Assembly (NCBI GenBank): GCA_951406725.2
Contig: OX597815.1
Span: 164,796,001 to 164,860,000, forward strand
DNA from: Octopus vulgaris
Lineage: Eukaryota
DNA length: 64,000 nt
Direction: 5' to 3'
A program made the position numbers and the translations under genes. Shown one piece after another: positions 12,534 through 23,763 of the stretch; the stretch's first letter is position 1; each line of letters opens with the position of its first letter. The notes beneath the pieces are model-generated. The model had not been told where the DNA came from, made no database searches, and saw only the letters and a list, made by a program, of their open reading frames with translations.

Positions 12534-15394
12534 GTAAGGATATATTGTTTTTTTTCTTTTGTGTGTGCTTTGCTTTTAGTTTATACTTGATGTATTCTAT
12601 GCAGAAAAAGTACCGTACTTTTGTTTTATCTTTATCCTCTGTCTCATCGCTTTTTATGGCTTAGATATAAGTGAGATCATTCCTGCTCCGTATGTTTTTA
12701 TTTAAAGTGTTCGTGATGATGATGGTGATGGTTAGTGTCCGTAACGATAACAACGGTATAAATAACAAGCATGATAATAAGGATGGCTTACACTATTGAG
12801 AAAGCTCTGTCTCTTTTTTTAATTTTAATTAATTAAATTTATTCATAGTGTTAGTATTGTCGATGATGATAGTGGTGGTTAGTTTCCGTAACAACGATCA
12901 CAACAGTATAATATAACAAGCAGGATAATAATAATAAGGACGGCTTATACTCTTGTGGCATGGCGAAATGTTTTTGTCCCGTTTTACAGAACGCCCTTAC
13001 CAGGAATATAATTGATAACAATAACAATGGTTTGGAGTTAGTTATGTTAGTTTAGAATGAATTGGAGGATGCAGTTGTGGTGTGTATGCCTCTCTCAAGG
13101 TCACTCCTAAACGAAATTAAATTATTAAAGAAACATAAATGAAGCGTTAATAGCAAAAACCGGGGAAACCACACAGAGCTTTATTATACATATGTGTATA
13201 CATACACCACACCCTCACTGTACCCGTAATCATTTGCACGCTTCTGTCTACTATTTCACCTTCATTTTGCTATATATACAACTTGGTTGGTCATGGAAGG
13301 AAGTTAGTTAATAAAAACGGGAACAATCTGTACGGAATTTCTATTTACTAGATTACAAAGAGGGACTGTGACTTGAAATAAAAAGACAAACGTTTCGTAT
13401 AGGGGGTCTTGATTAAACAAGAAATAGACATGGAAAATGTATTTCCTTCGTTCCTGATGCCAGACTGTTTATTAGCAACTAAGGAGATTGGCAGACAAGT
13501 TGGAATTACAGATATTTTGGTATTCGTTCTCTGGGATACAGACAACTTTTCTATTGATGCTATTTAGAATGTGTGTGTGTGTGTATATATATTGTATATA
13601 TATATATTGTATATATTTGTCATTTTGAAAGAACTCTAATTTAGGTGTGTGTATGTATATATGTGTTTTATGTGATCTAGTGTTTATTTGCCTATGTTAA
13701 TACAGTTATGGACACACGTGTGTGGCAAAGAGCTTGTGCGTTTCATACCCACACCTATTGAACGCATCATTCATTCAAATATTCAGTGTTTTTTTTTCTC
13801 TTTATATTTTAGATTCACATCTAACACACACTTTTATACTAGGGTGTGAAGCTTCAGGTTGCTGTTGTAAATCTTCTAGGCATCCCTGATCGAAGCGTTG
13901 CAGTAGTTTTTGTCTACCAGGAACTACATTTATTGTAACATTCTCTGTTTAAGAGAGTTGGATGTAGTTTGGTGGAAATTTTGGTGATATTTCCAGCAGA
14001 CCGGACGACAGTAGAGAAACTCTATAGTTGGTCCGATGAGCGGAAAGCTTTTCCTAAGGCTTTTTAAGCGATGTTATTAAAGTGTGATGCAATATATGAG
14101 TAACTTACACACATATCTGTTTACACGGTGGTATGCAATTAAGACTTTAAGTAGGTGAGATTCTGGTTTACCCGAGTGCCTTATATTTTCTCTCATAGGT
14201 TACCAAAGTTATTCAAACGAAAACACAGCATTACGTTGGCACCTGTCTCGCCAGTAATTGCAGGAATCTCTCAGTTGGATAGTGTAGACTGTTTCTTGGC
14301 TCATATGAAAAGATGGGGCGAAGGTAAAGAATATGCACATCCGGTGTTTAAGGTCAGGGTTTTTGTTACGCCGAAAACGGGTGGTTGCGTATTCTTTACC
14401 TTTGCCTCACATGGGACGGTCACGAATTACTTACTTATAAATAATCCAGGTCACTACTTTATCCACACACACGTGTGTATGTGTATCGGAGAATTATCAA
14501 ATGAGTTAATACTTACTAAAGTATGTTTTTGTAACGCAGAGAAAGTATCGAACTAATTCAATATAAAACTGTTTGATATCGATCCCAGAAAGATTTCAAT
14601 TGAGAACAGTAAGATTCGAGCTACAACTATCTCCTGTCACGTGTATCCCTCGTTTCTGTTATATAAACATTGCAGCGTTTTTACTATTTCATTTTTTTTT
14701 CTTGTTCATCTCACATAAATCCAATTATTTCAACGCAGCCCTCACCTTAACCTTCACTGTTACAAACGAAAGCAATAAAATTCTTGGCGAAGTTTCGAAG
14801 GCGAAGTTTCTATGCCAAATTAACTATGCCAAATTCTTTTTATTTGTCGCCCCAATAAAATAGATTAAATTAATTCATTAGGGAGACGTACAAACGAGGA
14901 GAATAATACAGGTGTTATTGTACTATTTGTCTCTTGTTGTTTAACCCCAGGTCGGATCTGGTCGTGTGGACTCAATTTAAATTTGAGGTTCCCAAACATC
15001 GGACGGTGGGTCATTTGATACCGGGCCGCAATGAAAAGAATAAATTTCAAAAATTTTATTTCTATTTCATTGAAATTCGCAGTTTGCCGTGTGCTTTTGT
15101 CTAATATATATTTTATATATGTAATAGCTCTTACCTACACAATTGTACCCCCCTAACGATCAGGGTGTGTCATATATGTGTAGGTATGTCTTATGTAATA
15201 ATTAAATTATATATGTACTTTATTTGGTTTTCTTATGCGGCTCGTGGATAAATTCTTGCACGAAACCGGTCAAAAAATGTTGGTGACTGCTGACTTAAGG
15301 CATTTCACCCGTGACCACCCCGTGTAAGGAACCCAGATCCAGGATCACATTATCCATTTTTTAGTTAACAATAGGATATAATTTAAGGGAAATT

Positions 15395-15806
15395 GGATCT
15401 TTTTGGTTTGAACGGCAGTTTTTTCTAGCGGTGTCATATGAAATTGTCACCCATAATTATGACCCTAGTATTGATCTATTGCATTTCAATCTGTTTTAGG
15501 GTTACGGGTGGGGGAAGGGTATCTTTTTTTCTTCACAAATGTAAATAAACCCAATCTGTTTCTTAAACGAGGGACATATTCATACGGCACAGAATGTTTT
15601 CACCTCAATAGACGTCATTGATTGGTTGAAATTGCAGAAATTGAAGAAAAGACAACAAATATCTTACAAACTATAGAATTTTCTCAATAAAGCCAAGAGA
15701 AAAAGATGTTTTATAAACAAATTCTACCAGTATAATACGAAATTTAAAAGTGTTTAGTTACATGGAAATTATTTAAAAAAAAATGCCGGTCAAACCGAAA
15801 AGATCC
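15395..15806. mobile_element. 412-bp MITE with GG termini and 8-bp TSD (Merlin-like; superfamily inferred)
   Basis: TIR GGATCTTTTTGGTTTGAACGGCA / TGCCGGTCAAACCGAAAAGATCC; TSD GGGAAATT at 15387-15394 and 15807-15814. Confidence 0.88.
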
Positions 15807-18800
15807 GGGAAATTTGTTAATCCCTGCAGGCAACGTAAAATGCTGGGAATTTACACCAGCTCCCTTACGCATGCGCGTACACACATTCCTACACACGCAC
15901 ACACACACACACCATAGTTGCTCAGTCTTCTGCGAACACTTCCTAACTCTAACCAATCTGACCAGCACCACCTTGTTTGGTCAGATACTCGTTGCTAATG
16001 AGAGAAGTCCACCTCTTAGGTTTTGGGAAGTCTTGTCAGAACACTTACGTTGCTTAGTTACTGTGGTGTGGTTTTCTTATTCTTCCTTCTAATTATTTTG
16101 GTGGCAGTGTATGATTTGTAAGAACTTTGGCAGTCTTTCAGTTATGTTACTAGTATCGAAAGATCGCCAGAACTTTTCGTGTGAAAGTATTTCTACACTT
16201 TGTCCCTTAGTGCAGTCTGAAAACATTTGAATTTCTGAAACTTCTCGCCTGCTTGTATAGGATTTCAGGGTTCATGTTTTCTGAGGTGTGGACTCTTGTG
16301 TGTACAGTTCAAGTTTGAGTCGCTGGTTGATGTCCTGCTAATTTAAGATCATGTTTCTTTAACTTCCAAGTACCGTAGATGCCCGTGCCATCCATCTTCT
16401 CACATCTTTGCGCTTGTGGTGTGATATAGAGAGAAAGAGAAAAATGTTATTTTCTTGTTTTCAAGCGGATGCACAAAACATGATCAAATAAATTCTCGTT
16501 TTTTTTGTTATCAGTCTTGTATATGCTGTCCAATGTTTTAAGAGGGTGGAATGTGATGGTTAACATGCAGTTTGCCGCCTTTTAAAAATGAAAGATAATT
16601 ATCCTTAAAAAACGAAAATTGCGATAGAAACCGGAAGCAACAACATGATATGCAAAAATTTCATAAAAAGAGCATAAAGTACTTCCCCATCATGTCACCT
16701 TTTAGGTACTTGTGACCACTCTGCGATACAAGTACCCACCTTTTAATGATATTAAATATTTTAGAAATAGCAGTTGAGGTACACCGTTTCAACGTAATCC
16801 ACTATGAGTTTCAAATTTTGCCTCAAGGGCAGCAACTTTGGAGGAGGGGATGAGTCGATTTCATCGTCACAGTGTTCAACTGTAGTAACGGGCGTGCTAA
16901 CAATTCTGCCACCTTGCCGATTTCGGCTACGAAATGATGCATGACCAATTCAAAACTGTGTGAATAAATAAGCATTACTTTTGACAAAATAATGTGATTG
17001 CTAAAGGGTTAAGGCATGCAACAGATTAAGTTCACTCAAGTAGGCCATAGTGAGATTTGAACTCAGAATGTGCAGAACTGGAATAAATGCTACTAGGCAC
17101 GAGGTCAGACGAATCCAGGTAAAAAAGTTACAGGGGTTTTGTCCGGTGGTGGTGGGGGTGTCCGAGGGGGTTTTGTCCCAGCGGTGGGGTTGTCCGGATC
17201 CCATAAATTAATTGTGACTTTATTACTGTAACTTTATTACCGGTCACCGGTCAGAGATAATTGCAGTTCTGCCAGTCTGACTTCCTGGATTTGTAGTTTT
17301 TTTTTTTATTGACTCCCGAAAGGATGAAAGGCATGGGTGTCCTCAATGAGATTTCATCTCAGGGTACTGAATTTGAGAAGAAATACCCTGATTGAGCTGA
17401 TCTTTGATCAAAAGTATTACAGCTATGAACCTAGGACTATATTTTTCCAATGCATCATTTTTTTTTCTTCTCTTAGTTCGTAGAGCGAAAGAAAAGAAGG
17501 TGAGGTTAAAATAGTATTTTTATAAATAGTATAGAATAGTAATTAGTATTTGTTAGTCACATGTTTTATGAATGGGTTGTTGCATTTGTAGTAGTATGAC
17601 ATCATGTGCAAAGCATTAGCTATGTACTTGTGTGTGTGTTGTTAATTTAGTGTTAACATATTTAATTCTGGCTAGGCTACTTAAATAGTGAGAAAAAAAT
17701 GCCATCATTTTCTTTACTATAGTGGTACATATTGTTTGTAACCAGTGAAATTGTAATCTATACAAACAAGTTCAAGGAGTGGGGGCATTGGTGTGAACTT
17801 TCTTGTGGTTGCATGACGTGCTAGAAATAGCAGCCAAGTCTCCTTAATTACACATCCTACTGTCTCAAAGAGGGAAAAGACATTTGTTCATATAGTTTTT
17901 TTTTTAATATTTTATCTTTCAATTAGAAAGAAAGCCAACCCCGTGGGTTTCCAAAAATGGTAAAAGGGAGGGAAGGGAGATGTCTTTAAATTATAGACCT
18001 GACTTGAACAGAGGTAGATTCTACTTAAAGCACCTAATATGCTAGGGTGTGGTGTTAATCTGGGTGACAGATTAAGTGGTCATGTGAACAGTGGCAGGAT
18101 TTGAACTCTGAATGCAAAGAGTAGGACAAATACCATAAGGTAGTCAAGTCTGACGTTCTTACAATTCTGCCAATCTATCAATTTAGATTGTTACTTTTTT
18201 TTTTATAGATCCTGAAAGGATGAAAGGCAAAGTTGACATTGGCTAGATTTGAACTCAGAGCACTGAGAGCTGGAACAAATACCATAAGGTGTTGTTCTAT
18301 CTGACACTGACTACTCAGCCAGCTGACCTGAAAGATATGATTATGGCTTCAGCACCCATGATTACAGATTAGGTTTGGTCAATCAGTATTGACTTGTTGC
18401 TAAACAGCAGCAGCATCAACTTAGAAGGAATGAACTAATTAGTGAATCACTTTGTGGTCAATTGCCTTGTAAGAAATAGCAGTCAGATAACTTCTATTCA
18501 TATCATTCTCTACAGTTGTAAGAGAGAAAGAAACATTAGATGAAGTAATCTCAGACAGACCATGGTCACAGCTGGACTTTTTTGATTGCAGGTCAGTTGG
18601 ATCACTGGTGATCTACTTCAAGGGTAAAGAGGAGCCAGTGATGATAGCCATAAAAATCTATTTGCTATTTTCGCAATAATATTTAGGTGGAAAATAGTTT
18701 TAGAGGTGATGTACTGAATGACATATGCAAAAAGTTTTTGTAGTCATTGATATTTCTTAGCTAGAGAAAGTAAGCAAAAGCCTAGCAGTCATTGAAGAGA

Positions 18801-20798
18801 GCGATTTCTTTTTATCTTTACAATAGGTCCCAATAAGAAATGACTTGAACTATAATGACTCATTTAACCCATGCCAGTTTGGAAAACAGACATTAAATGA
18901 TGACTTGAGCAAGTGTCTTCTGCTGTAGCCTTAGGCTGACCAAAGCCTTGTGAGTGGATTTGGTAGATGGAAATTGAAAGAAACCTGTCGTATATATATG
19001 TGTGTGTGTGTGTTCCTCCTCTACACTGCTTGACAATCGGTGCTGATGTATTTATGTCCCTGTAACTTAACAATTTGGTAAAAGAGACTTCTAGAATAAG
19101 TGCCAGGCTTTTAAAAAATAATTACGGAGAGGTGGGGTTCAATACATTCAACTAAAACTTAAGGTGGTGCTCCAGCATGACTGCAGTCAAATGACTGAAA
19201 CTTTTAAAGAATGTTTCTGATAGAAAAATGCATTAGTGTTGCACACACATGTGCATGCGCATGTGTGAGTATACCTGCTGGTTTCCAGTAGTTTCTGTTT
19301 CCCAGATTCCGTCATAAAGCATTGGTCGAAAGAAGACATTTAACCAAGGTACCCAGCTATGGGACTGAACACAAACATCATTGTGAAGTGAACTTTTTTA
19401 ATTATGCAGCAAATGCATAATTGTTGAGCTCATGAGATCAAGTATTGGGTGCTAGGTTTGAAAAAGATCTCTTTTTGTACACTATCTAATGCTGAAAATA
19501 CACACACATATATCATATCATCATCATTTAATGTCTGTTGTTCATGCTGGCATGGGGTGGATAGTTTGACTGGGGTTGGCAAACTGGAAGGCTGCATCAG
19601 ACTCCAGTCTGATTTGGCATAGTTTCTGTGGCTGGATGCCCTTCCTAATGCCAACCACTCTGAGAGTGTAATGGGTGTTTTTATGTGTTACTGGCACAGG
19701 TACTATTAGCGCAATGCTGGTGTCTGCCACGATGCAATTTTACTTAGCTTGATAGGTCTTCTTCTCAAGCACAACATAATGTCAAGGTCTTGGTCATTTG
19801 TCGTTGTTTCCATGAGGCCTAACACTCGAAAAAAGCTTTTCACATGACACTGGTACCGGCCACTTGGCCGCTATGAGGCCCAACACTTGAAAGGTGTTTT
19901 TTATGTGTCAGTTACATGGTAATGCATCATCCACAGCTATGATTTCTCTTGGCTTGACAGGTCTTCTCAAGCACTGCATATCGCCAAAGGTCTTGGTGAC
20001 GAGTCATTTCCTCTATGAGGCTCAAAGTTTGAAGATCATGCTTCACCACCTTATCTCATGCCTTCCTGGGTCTACCTGTGCCCCAGTTACAGATCAACAC
20101 TTCTTTACACAGTTGTCCGTCCATGTGCATCACATGACCATACCAGTGCAGTTGTCTCTCAAAATGCTTACACTCTGTCATACATGTACTCTGACATTGC
20201 ACATCCAGCGAAGCATACTGGCTTCATATACTGGTTATATATATATTGGGTCATCCCAGTCCATGGTCCGATTTACGCAAAACTTGTTTTATTCCGTTTG
20301 TATTCACATTCCAAGGGTACCTTACTTTCAGAGTATTTTCCCATTATTAGCCGGTTTGGCTGTATCAAATTACAGACAAGCATGCACACAAGCAAGTACT
20401 CACGGAGTCATCACTCTTGAACACCACATCTGAAGCTTCTTATGTCCAACTTTTCTCTCAGTATGCTTACATTCTGTCATGTATGCACACTGACATTACA
20501 CATCCAGCAGACTATACTAGCTTCGTTTCTTGCAAGCTTACGCATGTCCTCAGCAGTCAGAAAATGGAGAAAACCTCAGATTCGCAAACACCTCAATTGG
20601 ACCACATTTATAGCTTACTTTTGAATACAAAGCTTGACATAACAAATAGGTGACATAACATATCTTATGGCCATTTCCGATCCGTTGCCAAAATGCCGTC
20701 TATAAATAAATTGGACGGCACTTCATCAGAATAAAAAAACAAGAGCATACAATATAAACAAAGGGGAGAAGAAAAAGGAAAGAAAACATGGCCTAGAT

Positions 20799-23014
20799 CA
20801 GTAGTTCCCAACCTTTTCAACCCAGGGACCTTATTTTACTTGAGAAAATATCTAGGGACCACTTCTAGTTTTACTTTATGCTGTTCTATTTTCGCACTAA
20901 GATACTTAATGAAAAGGCAAAATAGTCTAGTTACACTTTAAAATTTATTTTAGCAAACCAACGATAAATTTAAAATTCATTTTAGTAAACAAAGATAAAT
21001 ACAACATATCAAAATCATTTTTCATAAAGTCATTCATTTTTAATCCATTCAGCTAGTGACTGGCTTGATATTGATGTTTCTGATACAAGTTATCATAATC
21101 AATTTTAATGAACTCATTTAGTCTTAGTCTGATAGTTCCTCTGCTGTTGACATCTAATTTATTTCTTTTTCTACTTAAAATATCTATAACAGCTGAAAAT
21201 GTAAATTCTACCATCCATGTGGTAGGGAAAGAAGTGATGCTTGTTTCTACATGTTGAAAAATATTTGGGCGTGTTTCCTTTATCGATATGTAGCCAAAGA
21301 CACCTTCTTTTGCAACTCTTCTCAGTCTCATATTCTCTTTCAAATCTAACTTTTCAGCCAACTCAAATTTTCATCTCCTGGCTCATAATTTTCTAGGTCT
21401 AGAAACCAGAGTGGACAATCTATTTTTAATAAATCATTGTATCTTCTCTCAAAGTCTACATGAAGACCTTCAAGATGAGTAATGCATGCAGTAATGCATT
21501 CTGATGTAGGAACAGTAGTGTTAAAATTTTGAAACGATGTCAAATTTTTTTTTCCAAATGTTTTTTTCTAAAATTTTAATTTCCCCTGGTGACAGGTGAC
21601 CAAATCTGATTTTCTACCTTGCAGCTCTAAGTTAAGCAGATTTACTGTTTTAAAAATATCACTCAAGTAGAATATTTTTGATTTAAACTCAGAAAGTCTT
21701 TCCAAAATTTTCTTAGCTGTATCAGCTTGCTTCTTGGAGTTGTAGTGGGTCATCTGACTCTTGAACATGAGAAAGTTGATTAATGGGTCCCACAAATTCA
21801 CTAGTCTTTCAAGGCTCGGGCCTTTTGACAACCATCTTGCTTCTGTGTGAAGCAATAGGGTTTTAAAATCTTCATCTTCACAGAATTGCATAAAAAATGT
21901 ATTATTCACTGAGTTTGAGTTGACAAAGTTAATTGCATGTAAGGCAGTGTTGAGTGTTTCTTCCATGTGTCCTCCAATATTCTTAGCAACCAAATGCTGT
22001 CTGTGGATAATTCAATGTATATAAAAAATTTGAGGAGCAACTGATTTCATTCTAGAAACAAAACCTTTCACTTTTCCAGTCATGGCTGCAGCTCCATCTG
22101 ATGCAATGTTGATCAAATTAGTCAATGGAATATTTTTATCATTAAAATACTGCATTACTTCATTGAATATATCTTCTCCATTAGTAGTTTCAGACAAACT
22201 TTTAATGAATAACATTTCTTCCCTTATATCATCTTCAAGGAGGAATCTGACATAGACCAGAAGGATAGTTTGGTTATGAATTGTGCTATCATTAACCTGG
22301 ATAGAAAAATTTGTCTTTTGGAGAATTTCCACAATCTTCTTCTCAACAAAATTAGACATTTCATTCCGTCTTCTTGTAATTGTAAATTGTACTATTTGAA
22401 AGTGAAATTGTACTCAGAATAGATGCAGCATCTTTTCCCAGAACCTCACTTGCACAAGCTATTATAGCAGGCTTGACAAGTTTCTCTCCATAAATCTGAG
22501 GTGCTGCAACCGTGGCAATAATTTCAGAGACCAAATAACTTGGTTTGAGTGTCTTTGCTTTTTTCAGTATTTATCTTCTAAGTTTTGTGTCTACAGATAC
22601 AAAACCAAACATAATAAAATCTTCTTTGTAGTTCTTCAGTTTTGCCTTTTTAGCAGTTGGTTCAGACATTATTACAACTGATCTTAAAAAAAAATCGAAT
22701 TTATTATTAAACAATATTGTGTAGTGATCTATTAAAAATATCAAATTTATTAAGAAACTGTTGTGATTGTAAAATTTAAATTATGTAATTCTTGATTGTA
22801 ATATATTATTGATTATATATTATACATTGATTCTTTTGGAATAATTATTGAATTTTGTTTTCTTATTATTATTCTGTCTTCATATAAATTATTAACTAAT
22901 ATTGTGTAGATCTGAAATGGCTTCAATTTTTTTATGGCTATGAATTCTCTGAGGACCACTAGAAATTCTCTGTGGACCACCGGTGGGCCCCAGAGACCTC
23001 GTTTGGAATCACTG
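20799..23014 (-). mobile_element. Defective hAT transposon, Buster/Charlie type
   Basis: Perfect 8-bp TSD GCCTAGAT (20791-20798, 23015-23022) with central TA; TIRs CAGTAGTTCCCAAC / CAGTGATTCCAAAC; transposase fragments from ATG 22669 to 21053 (SDGAAAMTG, LLLHTEARWLSKG, FPTTWMVEFTFS). Confidence 0.95.
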
Positions 23015-23697
23015 GCCTAGATAAAAAGTCTAAAAACCCATATGTTAAAAGCATATAATTTACCATCTCGGGGCTATGAGGTCCGTAAGTAAAAGAATGA
23101 GCTAGTAATGGTCTAGGGAATACTACACTCTATTAACGGGTAGATGCAATTTAAAGGTGGGGGGAGGATGTTTAAAAAAAAAGTTATCAAGAAGGAAAAT
23201 GCTAACATGATTATCAAAAGGTGGTACCTATGCTAACGAAGTAAACTTAAGTAAATGGTAAACAATTACCGTAGGGCCTTAAGAAAATTTACTCACAGAA
23301 ATTACTACTGAGAATCTTACCCATGGTTCATACATGCACACACACACATACACAGATCTATATATATATATATATATATGTATAAATTATTATTTATATG
23401 TGTGTGTGTGTATATATATATATGTATATTTATTTATGTATACACACAGACACATTCTAACTTATATAATTTTGAATGCCTTTTCCCTTTCATTGATTCT
23501 TTTTCAGGTCGCCCTGACGGTATAAGCATCCTAATATCCGTACATCTTTTGTACGGATATTAGGATGCCCACACACATTATTTTTTAAACTGATCTGAAT
23601 CAAAATGAAAAAAAGACAAAAAAATCTTTTGTGCCTATATGCTCTCAGCTTACTATTTTATGTTGGCGTAGTCCAGGATGATTTCAGCACAAATGAC

Positions 23698-23763
23698 ATC
23701 ACCCCATACCAAGCGAAACTCAGCTGTCACATGATCACTCACATCACACCATAATCACCTCAT
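23698..23763 (+). promoter_or_regulatory. Cluster of SREBP-type (SRE / E-box) motifs
   Basis: ATCACCCCAT 23698, GTCACATGAT 23726, ATCACTCAC 23734, ATCACACCAT 23743, ATCACCTCAT 23754. Confidence 0.5.

Noticed and set aside
14155-14863. 133-aa and 96-aa ORFs as a nested gene
   Set aside because: Non-ATG starts, no recognisable domain, no exon structure
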